64,000 bases of DNA, taken from positions 310,001 to 374,000 of the forward strand of contig JBLDXI010000018.1 in NCBI GenBank assembly GCA_047495785.1, in the 5' to 3' direction. Source of the stretch: Lepidodermella squamata. Its lineage: Eukaryota > Animalia > Gastrotricha. Positions 1 through 11,428 of the stretch are shown piece after piece. The translations under genes and the position numbers were made by a program. The notes under the pieces are model-generated. The model had not been told where the DNA came from, made no database searches, and was given only the letters and a program-made list of their open reading frames with translations. The stretch's first letter is position 1. Every line of letters begins with the position of its first letter.

Positions 1-699
1 TAATATTATCATTATTATGTGAAAAATGGATTATTTTAATATAGCTTGTTATGCAGTATATATTTTATTACCATAAATTATAACAAAAAATAGCCATATT
101 ATAATTATTGCTGTTTTGTTTACGATAACTAATAATTGGCATGTTTGACCAGCAAAATAAAAAATCGGAATGAATATTTTCGGTCATTTTTTAAGGTCAC
201 ACTGATCGGTGAAAAAAAGCTTCCAGACTTTTCGCTCGATACAGAATTGAGTAAATAACACGTGCATTCGGCTATAAGTATATGTAATTATATGACGATG
301 GCATATGACATCAATAAAAAATATACTGAACGAAAAATTACAGCCAGTCGCTAAATGAGGTGTGATTGTGTCGCAGCAGTCGTCCAGTCGCCAGTCAGCG
401 CAATGTCAATTTATTCAAACTTTGGTCGGCAATAAAAAGCCTCATTATCAGCCGCGGTTTTTTCGGCGGGAAAGAGCAGATTTTTTTTCGACAGAATTTC
501 GCCATCAATCTTCGCCTACATTTATACAATTTCTACTCAGTATGAGTATCATGTACATACCTAATTTCAGATGGGAGCATATGGTGGTTTTCCTCATTTC
601 AGTATACTTATATTGGTATAGCATAGTCCTAGATCACTCAAGCGGAACGAGAACTATGCGTTTTTTGTACGTCTTTTCCACTTCTGGCTCTGAAAAATT

Positions 700-1695
700 C
701 TAATATATGTTAGAACACCGAGTTTTGATTCTAATCGAGAAAACGCGTAATTTTTCAGATAATCTCGAGTAAACGAAGACGAGTGAAAAACGAGCAAGCG
801 GAACGAGGCGCAGCCGAGTGGAGCGCGAGTTTTTCACGAGACGAAGTTTACGAGAGGGAGCGTTTTCGAGATTAGGATCAAAACGAGTGATCTAACATTA
901 TTAGAGCACGGCTTCTAATTTTCAGGGACTGAGTTACGCGAGTTTTTTCACCTCATTTTATTCACATTTCTGCTTTAAGTGAGCATCAACTAGGACCTCG
1001 CCGAACATGCCCAGCTTATCGAAATTATGACCACCTTTGAGAGCGAAGCCAATTTACTGAAATCGCTGTACCTAGCAATGCGAAATTCGTGCCAGTTTTG
1101 CAACGCTCGCATTATTGCATTATTGCTAACACTGGTGTGTGCGTGTTTTATTGAGGGTAATAATTTTGCACTCGCCGCACGAAGAATGAGTCACTCGCTT
1201 GGCGATACTACGTTAAATAAACAGCAGGCAGAAAAGTGGCTTAAAGTGGAAAAGTGGAAAACGTTGAAACTCGTCTCCGCACTCGTTACACTCGGCTGCG
1301 CCTCGTTCCACTCTTGCTTCGACTCGTTTCAACGTCTCATCCAGGCTCGCTTCACTCGCCTTTCACTACTTGACTCGGCTTCGCCTCGTTTTATTTTAAA
1401 GGCATCGCTGCGCTCGCCTTTAGTAACCTCGGCTATCGCCTCGGTTATTAACAGCGTTTTGTGTGTGCAATAAAAATGAGAAATTATTGCTGTGCGTAAA
1501 AATGCGTTGCTGTTTTATGAATGAGTAATTACGCGCAATAAAAAAACGTGCGTGTTCTAATTCGCTAATTAGAACAACGCACGTGTTCTAAGTGAATTAG
1601 AAATGCGAATTAGAAAATCGCACGCGTTCTAAGTGAAAAACTCAAAATTAGAAATCGTGCGATTTGCATTGTAAAATTAGAAGCAGTGCTCTAAT
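700..1695. mobile_element. Non-autonomous foldback/hairpin element (class uncertain)
   Basis: ~200-bp imperfect hairpin 701-905 centred on CGAGGC-GCA-GCCGAG. Inverted repeat ATTAGAGCACGGCTTCTAATTTT (900-922) matches AAAATTAGAAGCAGTGCTCTAAT (1673-1695) with 1 mismatch. Further hairpins at 1261-1335, 1372-1390, 1424-1447 and 1547-1583. Confidence 0.6.
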
Positions 1696-2516
1696 TTGCT
1701 AGTTCTCTCTAAATAACTGCTGTTTTGTCTCAATTATTGTATTGGGTCTGTGTTGTAGATGTTTATTACACTTAATTGCTAATGAGGTGTTTCGAGTAGA
1801 TGCGCGCATGAAACAAGTGTCGATGCTATCATCATCATCATCATTCATCATTCAGCCAATGTTACAACAATAGAAACGCTTGTAATTTATTCATAGCTTT
1901 TGTTACAGCTATATAAACGCACAGATTATTATTCATACATTGTTATAAATTGTAGGTAGGTGTATTTGCGTTTGTAAACGCGGGCGACCTGTGAGAGAAC
2001 AATATCATGCTAGGCTTATTATATAAGTATTAGCGGTGGTGGTATTAGAGACACTCGTGTGATGAATTAATAGAACACTTATTGTACCTTTTACGTGCCG
2101 AAAGCAAGCGTTTTATGTCATTTGTAGCCTGTGCTAAAATTGATCTTATTTTTGTCCTTGATAGTACTATATCCCTATTCCTGAAATTTTCCTGAAATTA
2201 ATTTATGATTAATTGAAAATGTTCATTGGTCGTGTTTACTCAACTTGATCGTCATCATTCATGCGTGGCATTTTTTCTTCACATTCATTCATGCGTACAA
2301 CAAACCGTTTCAAGCTTTTAGCACCTGGCAGCAAAACGTCAGACCGGGCATTTTTTGCTAATTAGTCATTATTTGTAGCGTATCAAATTATCGTGATTAG
2401 ATAAAAAAATACTTGAAGCCTGGTCGTAGTTATATTTCTCTGCTGTCATTATCACAGATTTTATTACCTTGAGTATCATTCAGCATTTAGTTTCTCATTC
2501 AATTTTCTAACATAAA

Positions 2517-3466
2517 ATGTCTGTAAACCGAGCGACGAAAAGCGGTATCAATCGCGAAGTTCAGCAGAAGGTGAGAGGTTTCGTTTAACTTTACTGCAGT
2601 TTTGATTTTTTGAGAAATTTAGATCAACGCCAAGTATGAAGTTGAATTGGCTCGCCAGTGCTTGCAATGGATGCAAGAAATAGACCAAAATAAGGACCAC
2701 GTTCGGGACGTCGATGGAAGCATGGACAACGTCTATGAACAACTCAAGGACGGATTCGCCCTAGTACAGTAAGCAAAACCCCGATAGGTTGTTTCTCATT
2801 TACCCTAAATTGATCTGAATCTTGAAATGTTACACAATTTTATTAAATTTTCTCAAGCTTTTGTCCAGCTAAGAATTGTTTTCAAAATCTCTCTCTTTTA
2901 GAAAATCATTATTAGGTAAATCGATTTTAATGAATAAATCAAATATAATAGGATTTATTTACTTATTTTTCCAATTTTTGTAGCTTGATGGAAAAATTGC
3001 AGCCCGGTTCATTCAAGGCGCAAATGCTTGAGAAACGGGCGACAATGGCGTTCAAGCAAATGGAGTGCCTCGAGCTGTTCATCAAAAAGTCGAAAGAGTA
3101 CGGCGTGGCTGACATCGAAGTTTTCCAAGTGCCGGATTTGTACGAGCGCCAGAATCTGCACCAGGTCGTTCTCATGCTGCAGGCGCTGGCTCGGAAAGCC
3201 GCCCTCAAGGGACACCCTGGCTTCGGGCCAAAAGAGTCGCAAGAACGCCGGCGGTCTTTCACTGAAGAACAATTAAGACAGGTAATTTGAAAACAAATCT
3301 TTGTTTGCAAAGTTTAGACAATTTTAAAATTAATTTGTTTTAATTTTACTCGATTTTTGTTTGATAGGGCGAGGCAATAATTGGTCTGCAAATGGGAACG
3401 AACAAAGGCGCCAGTCAATCCGGCATGACTTTCGGAGCCCAGCGCCACATCACCGATTCCCACTAA
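2517..3466 (+). CDS. Transgelin/myophilin/MP20-like calponin-homology protein (4 exons: 2517-2570, 2623-2768, 2984-3281, 3368-3466)
   Basis: GT-AG splicing gives a continuous ORF: MSVNRATKSGINREVQQK-INAKYE...LKDGFAL...FKQMECLELF...FQVPDLYERQNLHQVV...GPKES...[34 protein letters not shown]. This is a CH domain plus one calponin repeat. Confidence 0.93.
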
Positions 3467-3819
3467 TAAGCAGCAAATGAAATTGATTTTTTTTAAGTAT
3501 AATCGTCTTCGTTGTAGAGGAGATGTGCCCCTTTTTCGGGCTATTTTATTATAAAGTCCAAAGTTATTTGTCAAATGAACTGCCGAGACTGGCGTATTCA
3601 ACGGCTGAAAATAATGTCTTGTTTTTATTCAGTTTTAGACAGCTTAAATTGTGTATGCTTGGAACGGAGAAAAATCAAAATAAAAGATAACTTAGAAATT
3701 ATATTTGGGCCCGATTCCGGTCAAATATGGTCACCCTAAGAGACTAGAGCTAATGCGATCAAAGTTCTTACATTCATCGAATGCAAGCGAATATCGGTTT
3801 GAATACAAAGCAAATGGTT

Positions 3820-4195
3820 TTATTCCAGCAGTTCCACGGCGTCAGCTTTGGCATAAAATGCAGCCCAATGCACAGCTGTCCATCCTTGTCTGCTGCTCTG
3901 ACGTCGGCTTGAAGCTTACCCGCCAGTAGTTCCACGGCGTCAGTTACGCCAAAACGGGCGGCATAATGCAATGGCGTCCTTCCATCCTCGTCTGCCACGC
4001 CGATGTTGGCCTTGAACTTGCCCGTTCATCGACTTCAACGTGCCCTTGGGATACTGCAGCATGAAGTGCAGTTTCTTCGTTGTCCCAGTATTTGCCGTTA
4101 ACATCCAGCTCCAGTCGGTCCTCACATAGCAGCAGTTGCGACATTCTCGCTACATCATTTTCAATTTCGCATCTTACGAATTCCTGTTTCAATCA
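3820..4195 (-). pseudogene. Ankyrin-repeat pseudogene (about 3 repeats, two frameshifts)
   Basis: ETALHAAVSQGHVEV, GKFKANIGVADEDGRTPLHYAARFGVTDAVELL and TAVHWAAFYAKADAVELLE* lie in successively shifted frames with no splice signals between them. Confidence 0.75.
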
Positions 4196-5030
4196 CATCG
4201 GAAAAGTGAGATAAACGAGGGTTTCCATTACAAAAACAACCTTGGTAGCGTCTTCACTATTGTTCGGGACAGCCTAGCTTAACTTTCGAATATTAAAAAA
4301 ACGAACTTCGAAAGCCGATGTATTTAAAAAGCCCACGGCGTTTCCAGGTTGCTACACGTCAGACGCTGGTCGCTGGTCTAAGCATTCCTGAATCTCTCGC
4401 GGAGCTGTCTTGTAGCCTGAGTCAGACGGGAAGAATAAAGAGAATACAAAATGTTATTATTTTATTATAAACTTCATATCAACAAACCCGGACTGAGTCC
4501 ATGTGACGCAGATATAAAATAATGCAGACTTCGTCTACACCGGACTATTTAGCATGGGACGACGAGATTCCGATTTAGAATAACCCGTACTTCGTTTTGA
4601 TAGGTATTTATAGTTCCGAGTGTACAGCGGTTATCAATTCCTGAATTATGATTCAACTAGCGGACTGGAGGATTCAACAGTTATAATAATTCTTTTTATT
4701 CTCGGATTATGGGAATCGGCAAAGAGTCCTACATGCCACCGTATCACTCGATTATGCTCGCAATGCATAACAGTAAAATGTGACACTCAGTTACAGTGTG
4801 ATAGTGATTTGCATGTAAAACGCTAGTCCGCGGCACGAGCCAAGCAAAATGGTCCGGCTAAGCGCAAGTCCGGCTTATGATCGTCCGGCTTAACGCAAAA
4901 CTGCTGTACATTTACGAAAAAGTTTCAGGCGGTGCCATTTTCCTGCACAGTGGAGCGCCAGCTAAGATGGCTACGGCTATTTTCTATAGGCTGTGATTTT
5001 GCGTCCATCGATCGCAGCTGAGAGAACACA

Positions 5031-7904
5031 TTATTCCAAACTGTCATAACACACTGCCAAAAAACTCACCACAAGGGGCAACACTATAGGAATCAAATTA
5101 GTTGTAACAAACGCCAAAGCCGTGACGGCAATGGATACGTGCAGAGCTGCTGCATTGCTGGCTTGTAGAATGACGACGACAATGCCAGCAACTACGACAG
5201 TGACTGCGCAATAGAACGCATTGACGGCGAATCGCAGCTCGCTAGAAACTGCTTTTGAATTACGCGGGCGATTCACATTAGGTGCAGCAGTATGTTCAAG
5301 CGTCGAAGCCATTGGATGAATTTTCGCCGGGTTCTTGCGCTTGAAAATTCAAAATTGACACGCATCAATAGTAACGAATTTGAGACAAGTACCATTGTCG
5401 CGAGTGTGAAAATAATAACAAGACATTCCTGAACCTTTTCGGACTACGGCGACACTTGTTAACAAGAAGTTTATTTGCCGACGTTTCGGTTGTTTAAACA
5501 CTACCTTCTTCAGGGCATCAATCAAACGGTTGAGTGCTTACAGCACGGCGGTAAATAAACTTCTTGTTAATAAGTGTCGCGGTAGTCCGAAAAGTTTGAG
5601 GAATGTCTTCTTATCAAATCAATAGTGGTGTTAAAATGCTAAAAATAACGGTTTCACTTTTCCTCTTCTCGACTTGAAAGCTTCCGGCTTTGAAGAAATT
5701 GGAGACAGATCATCACGTAGTACTAATACATTCGCTCTGAGACAGTTTAATAATGACTTTTGAAGAAACAAGTTAAAACAACCAAATGCGCAGAATTTGA
5801 TTTTAAACTATTTTAAAAGACTTACGGGTTTAAGCTGACGTGCTAATAGAAACGTAGCCATTCCCGTGAGAACGTGTAGCGCAGCCATGGAGAGCAGCAT
5901 TGCGACAGCGATTGTATTGCCGGCATCAAATTGACAAGAATAGCGATACGGAGCGAACACTATGCTGTTATCCGCCGTGTACAGCTTAGGTTCTTCGACT
6001 AGCTGAGATCCAAGCCCATTGAAAATGACTAGAATTGTCATGAGCAGCAGATGGACCAGCAAATACGGAGAAAGGTACTTGATAGCAAGAACAACATAAC
6101 GGGGCATCGCCTGGCCCATTCTGGCGCTGATGCTCCGTTTTCCCGCATCAAATTTGACGTAGTTACCCATTACGACGATGCTGTAACCTGAAACCAAGAG
6201 ATAACCGGCTGCAGAGCAATGGTTCAGAACCATTTTTGGCGAGTTTTGACTCGGTGGCAGGAGAACGACAACGAACAAAGCGACAACAAAATTTCCGCAG
6301 AGAATCAACCGATTTCCGACAATCAAGCTTCCATCTTGGGACTTCAATTTGACCATTACTCCGCAGTTAGAAACTGCAAATAAAAGGGCGATTGCGAAAA
6401 TCGCCCAGTAAGCCTCGGGACTAAGCGTTGTAGCTGGTACGGGTATCACTTGGATTTTATCTCGCGGCGGTAACTTGTCAAGAGTTGCCCATCTAACGCC
6501 GCCGTTTATGTACCGAATCGAGCGATCACTCGCTTGATAGAAGGCTACAATAGGCCGTTGAAACGAGTTGTTAACGATCTGGGCCTGGCGGAACACAACC
6601 GGATTGTAGCCCTTTGTATTCATAGCGTTCTTCTCTTCGAAATAGTAAAACGACCTTGAGCCATTTATTGCAGTATTGTAGACTGCTCTTTTTAGAACTT
6701 GAACGAAAAATAATGATGGCATGCTCTCAGGTCCCTTTGAGAGGGTAGAATTGTAATCAGACACTAGCAGCTGTTCAGCCTGGTGAAGAGCATAGCCGGC
6801 GAATAGAGTTAGGTCGTAGCAAACTGGCGGGAAATTTGACCAGCCAGGTGCTTTTTGAGCTTCGAAAACTTTCGCTTCCATGCCCTGTATGAATTCCGCA
6901 CCATTCAGTCCAGAGCTGTCCTCGTAGCTCGCTCCGAATATGTCACTCATAGCCCCAAAGCTGAATAGCAACCAATTACGGGCAATATCTGATAACATTA
7001 CCCTCGTGCACCAGCTGTAAGGTAAAGCAACTGTCGCTGGGTCGTAAGATGCCCATGTGGAGGCTAGGAAGAAGTAACTTGGCCCAAACATTCCCTGACG
7101 GTGTAGCCAGCATGACAATGAAACTCCGTTGTTTGAGTTCATCATAAAAATTCTGGGTTCAACCTCCCGCATTGCTTTGAACATAGGAATCATCTCCTCC
7201 GGCCTCATAGCCGAGCTGATTTTACTGTACCAAACGATTTTGAAATCGCGGGATGTGAAGTAACTCATGACTTCATTCTCGACGCCGTTGAAGAAAGGAA
7301 TATCTTCTGTTATAACAGCAACATTCGACCAGCCCATTTTAAATGCAAATTCAGCAATGCCCTCTTGAGGTACTAATGACGACTTTGTGAGTGGGAAAAC
7401 AGCGTTGTATCTTGCTCGATTTATTCCTGGATCTGGCGATGAAAAGTAATGCGTGAAGCCTATGTGGTTCAGTGGCTTCATTGTTGCTGAGATCAAAGCT
7501 TGGCCAATAGGCACGCACCAGCCAAGCAAAACGACAGGAATTCGATTTTGGCTAGGCCAAACTAATTCTCGCAGAGTTTGCTGAATTGCCAGGCCATCGT
7601 TGCATTGATCGTCTATCATGTCGATTTGGAGTTCGTAGCCTGAAAGCCAATTTGGATCAGCGTGTAGTTGGTCCAAGGCTAATTCCATGGCCTTCGTGCA
7701 AATTGGACCCGTTGGACTCGGCCCTCGATAGTTGATATGGCCCAGAATTTTCAAAATTGTTGACCTATTGCTTTTGTTCGCGAACGCTGACTTGATGGAT
7801 GAATCCATGGATGCATTGCTATACACGCGACTTGACGGCTGGACGCTTTGGCACAGGCAAAACGCACTTCTTAGCACGAATATTAGGAAATACCCAAGCA
7901 ACAT
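5031..7904 (-). CDS. Divergent class C GPCR, GABA-B-receptor-like (copy 1); exons 7904-5826 and 5339-5031
   Basis: Signal peptide MLLGYFLIFVLRSAFC, then a Venus-flytrap/ANF-receptor-like domain (AMELALDQLHADPNWLSGYEL..D.QC, MGWSNVAVI, CYD) and a W..LPPRD linker before TM1-5. A phase-0 intron (CCC|GTAAGT at 5825, TTTTCAAG| at 5340) joins in frame to an exon encoding TM6-7. Confidence 0.8.
5420..5609. mobile_element. Penelope-like-element-derived inverted repeat in the GPCR intron
   Basis: 61-bp arms 5420-5480 and 5549-5609 are inverted copies with a few mismatches and enclose a minimal hammerhead motif of the type found in PLE pseudo-LTRs. Confidence 0.6.
5476..5517 (-). ncRNA. Minimal type I hammerhead ribozyme
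   Basis: Minus strand reads UGCC-CUGAAGA-AGGUAGUGUUUAAACAACC-GAAAC-GUC-GGCA. It has the CUGANGA and GAAAC cores, stem I UGCC/GGCA, stem II GGU..UGUUU/AAACA.ACC, palindromic ACGU stem III and a GUC cleavage triplet. Confidence 0.75.
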
Positions 7905-8138
7905 TTTTTTGATCAATGAAGATCGAGCCTTTTTGAGCGCGACTGAAATCTGTATTTGTCGCGTCTGATGGCAATAACTCATGAACGGATGCATATCCTG
8001 AAATATCAGATTCACGACCGGAGTGCTCAGGCAACTTGAATATGTTGCTGAGATGTCTGGAGGGATTATGACCATAAGTCAGTGTCATACCTGGACAATA
8101 TTGAACGGACGGAAATTGGCAGCTCGGTCTCTCGTTTT

Positions 8139-9068
8139 AAAAGTGCGCTGTTAATGCATCTTGGCCACAACAAGCCTCATATTTCTTACTCTATAGGTGG
8201 ACACAAACTTTCGATTTGCAACTCTTCTAAGGACTTGGGCATTATTGTTGACAATGAACTTACCTTCCGATCTCACTATAATTCCATCATAACTAAAGCC
8301 TACAATAGTGTTAATACTATTCTTCGTGCTTTTAACGGCCAATCACCCTCAATGCTTACGTGGGCGTACCGAGTTTATACTAGGCCCTTGTTGTTACCTT
8401 CTCTTTGGTCGCCCTATAAAAAATGTGATGTGGAGCTTATCGAAAAAGTTCAAAAATATTTTACTCACCGTGCTCTAGGATTTAATTCTTATGACCCAAC
8501 TCGCCATTCGTACAAAGAACGGCTTCGAATTTTAAAACTTGATTCTCTCGAAACTCGCCGCATTCACCTTGATCTTTATCTTCTTTATCTTCTTTATAAA
8601 ATCTATAATAATCAGATTGATACTTCAATCTCAAGAAATGTACAATTACTTAATTCAAATACTCGCGGCCATCCTCATCGCCTCATGTTTTGTCTTCCTA
8701 ACGGATCCTATCGTAATGCTATAACCTATAACAAACCTATTTTTAAAAAAAAATTCTAAATCGTGTCTTGCCTATATGGAACAATCTTCCTGATTCCGTT
8801 TTCATTTCTTCGGATAATTTTGCTACCAAATTCAACTTTTTCAAATCCAAAATGACTAAACTCGACTTTTCCAAGTACTGTCCGTCCTGTAACTGATCTC
8901 TTTTTACTTTTTATACATTGTGATTTGTGAATAGTAAAACTGCATACTCATATTGTCGCACAACTCGATTAACTTACACTACATATGTACTAGTTGGTTC
9001 AAAGTTAGCGGCCTGCGTGCCCTTTTGAAACCACGAAGTTTTTTGTACCAAATTTTTATACGAATAAA
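8139..9068 (+). mobile_element. 5'-truncated, degraded non-LTR retrotransposon (CR1/L2-group) 3' end
   Basis: RT C-terminal motifs MHLG..N..Y, KDLGIIVDNELTFRSH, IEKVQKYFT, YKERLRILKLDSLETRR..LDL..YKI, NTRGH and, after a frameshift, NRVLPIWNNLP. A 3' UTR ends in AATAAA at about 9063. Confidence 0.85.
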
Positions 9069-9094
9069 TTATATTTTTCGGGTGTTATAAGTTC

Positions 9095-10052
9095 CATCAC
9101 CAAAACGACTAGTTAGATCACCAAAACAACAGGTTAGATCACCTAATCTAAACTATCAAAAATGATCACCAAAACAACAGGTTAGATCACCTAATCTAAA
9201 CTATCAAAAATGATCACCAAAACGACGTGTTAGATCACCAAAACTAAGTTTAAATCACCAAAAGGCAGTTTGCAACACCAAACGTAAAAATGGCTCATTT
9301 TGCAACACCAAATCGCAAATGCTGTTATTTCGATCGAGTAATTGTGCATTTGAGCATTTAACGAATAATAGAAATCGAAATGAGCAACTGTGAAGTGCCA
9401 GACGAACAAAATCAACTCCGCTGCGGGGAGGCATTTTTCTTCCGCCCATGTATGTTTTGGCCGGTCAGTTGAATGCTCCAGTGTAGTGCACGTGACTCCA
9501 ACAGGAAATATCAAAAATTGCGATTTGGTGTTGCAAACTTAGCCATTTCAAGCGGGTCCGGGCAGGATTGGATGATATTTGAAGACGGATAACAACCATA
9601 TTGTTCGGGTGTTTTCGGTTGTAGTAGATGGACATTGGTCCACTGTTCCAGCCTTCGCCTCGTTTTTCATAGGTATATCCAACTATGATATACCTATGAT
9701 ATATACACCGTTCCACTGTATAGGTTGTTATCTGGCGGCATATATCGTTAAATCTAGATATTGTTTAATACACAATATCCCTCAATTTGCCCCTCAGATC
9801 CCTCGCAGATCCCCCGCAGATCCCCCAGCTATCCCGCACGCTATTCCACAGACCTCGCAAGGATGCGGGAAGAATTTAGACGTTTGGTGTTGCAAAATGA
9901 GCCATTTTTACGTTTGGTGTTGCAAACTGCCTTTTGGTGATTTAAACTTAGTTTTGGTGATCTAACACGTCGTTTTGGTGATCATTTTTGATAGTTTAGA
10001 TTAGGTGATCTAACCTGTTGTTTTGGTGATCTAACTAGTCGTTTTGGTGATG
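9095..10052. mobile_element. Foldback-type non-autonomous DNA transposon with long modular TIRs
   Basis: Left arm 9095-9312 and right arm 9883-10052 are near-perfect inverted copies made of ~21-bp ATCACCAAAA subrepeats. The left arm has an extra tandem duplication. No transposase ORF and no clear TSD. Confidence 0.8.
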
Positions 10053-10648
10053 CAAACCAATTCTCCCAATAGGTAAACATAATAATAATAATAATAATAT
10101 CGACTGGCTTGCGATTTCTAAGAGGTACTAACACACCGAAGGATAGAGCACCAGGTAGTTCTGGCACACACAGGTAAACGATGACGGCAAACCTGGTGCC
10201 GCACGCAAAAACCCCGCGCAGCGCCTTGAAAACGCGAATCACGTGGCGAAATTCCGAATGCGATACATTTTTATTTTAATGTAAAAAATATTTTGCATTA
10301 ATAAAATAAATTGGAATTTGCTCACCCAGCCGAAAAACGCGGGTAACGCGCGCGTAGCTGCGACGCTCTTATAAAGACGTAAAGAAGTAAAGAATTATAG
10401 AACTAAAGATATAAAGAAACAGATGAAAATCGCAGTAGCTGTTTCACGTGTCATTGCTGCCGGTTAGATGAACGCTACACAGTCAATTATGCATTAGATG
10501 TTTATTGCGAGAAACCCAAAGATCTTAAGGGATACATCCACCACATGTGATTCCGTACCGCGATCAGGCATTTAGGAAGCATATATTTATGAGTTAAGCT
10601 TGTCAAAAGTCAGAAATTATTTCATCATTTTTCTGCTACAGCTTGGCT

Positions 10649-11428
10649 TCAGTTCTTCTTGGAACCACCAGACTGCTGAGAGCCACCGGACTGCTGGTTG
10701 CCACCAGACTGCTGGTTGCCACCGGACTGCTGGGAACCACCGGACTGCTGGGAACCACCGGACTGCTGGGAACCACCAGACTGCTGAGAGCCACCGGACT
10801 GCTGGGAACCACCGGACTGCTGGGAACCACCGGACTGCTGGGAACCACCAGACTGCTGAGAGCCACCAGACTGCTGGCAGCCACCGGACTGCTGATTGCC
10901 ACCAGACTGCTGGGAACCACCAGACTGCTGAGAGCCACCAGACTGCTGAGAGCCACCGGACTGCTGGGAACCACCGGACTGCTGGTTGCCACCGGACTGA
11001 GCACGGGCCAGGGCTTCTTCTTCATCTTCATCCTCTTCTCCTTCCTGAGAATGGGAGTGCTCCTGAGAATGGGAGTGCTCCTGAGAATGGGAGTGTTCAT
11101 GGGAGTGGGAGCCGTGGGGAGGAGGAGGAGGGCGAGGCTGATTTTGACGAGAGGTGCCGGCGCCAGATGCCTTGGGAGGGTTGCCACCGGTCTCCTCACG
11201 GGCGAGGGCTTCTTCTTCATCTTCATCCTCAGAGTCTTCTCCTTCCTGAGAATGGGAGTGCTCCTGAGAATGGGAGTGTTCATGGGAGTGGGAGCCGTGG
11301 GGAGGAGGAGGAGGAGGGGGAGGCTGATTGTGGCGAGCGGTGCCGGTGCCAGATGCCGGGGGAGGAGGCGGAGGATTGGCCAGGACGGCAGCAACCAAAG
11401 CAGCGACCAAAGCAATGCGAACGAACAT
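10649..11428 (-). CDS. Secreted low-complexity orphan protein (signal peptide; 2x [polyPro - (HSHSQE)n - acidic tract]; ~19x QQSGG(S/N))
   Basis: Intronless 259-aa ORF from ATG 11428 with signal peptide MFVRIALVAALVAAVLA, and TATATAA about 75 bp upstream on the same strand. Repeat variation is mostly synonymous in this frame. Confidence 0.8.
   Translation of the reverse strand: MFVRIALVAALVAAVLANPPPPPPASGTGTARHNQPPPPPPPPHGSHSHEHSHSQEHSHSQEGEDSEDEDEEEALAREETGGNPPKASGAGTSRQNQPRPPPPPHGSHSHEHSHSQEHSHSQEHSHSQEGEEDEDEEEALARAQSGGNQQSGGSQQSGGSQQSGGSQQSGGSQQSGGNQQSGGCQQSGGSQQSGGSQQSGGSQQSGGSQQSGGSQQSGGSQQSGGSQQSGGSQQSGGNQQSGGNQQSGGSQQSGGSKKN
10661..10999. repeat. Coding 18-bp tandem repeat (~19 units)
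   Basis: CCACC(A/G)GACTGCTG(GGAA/AGAG/GTTG) units encoding QQSGG(S/N/C) on the minus strand. Confidence 0.95.

Noticed and set aside
1027-1473. 148-aa ORF inside the hairpin element
   Set aside because: No recognisable motif; its sequence is dictated by the palindromes (e.g. LGCAS, SASPR).
3820-4195. Programmed frameshifting or an alternative genetic code in the ankyrin ORF
   Set aside because: No slippery sites, both breaks coincide with short deletions relative to the ankyrin consensus, and neighbouring genes translate normally with the standard code.
5808-8075. 755-aa ORF taken as a complete 5-TM receptor starting at 8075
   Set aside because: The signal peptide begins at ATG 7904, and a canonical in-frame intron supplies TM6-7 from 5339-5031.
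9095-9312. Regularly spaced ATCACCAAAA repeats resembling a CRISPR array
   Set aside because: The repeats are ~10 bp with ~11-bp non-unique spacers, are mirrored as a TIR at 9883-10052, have no cas genes nearby and sit in a eukaryotic context.
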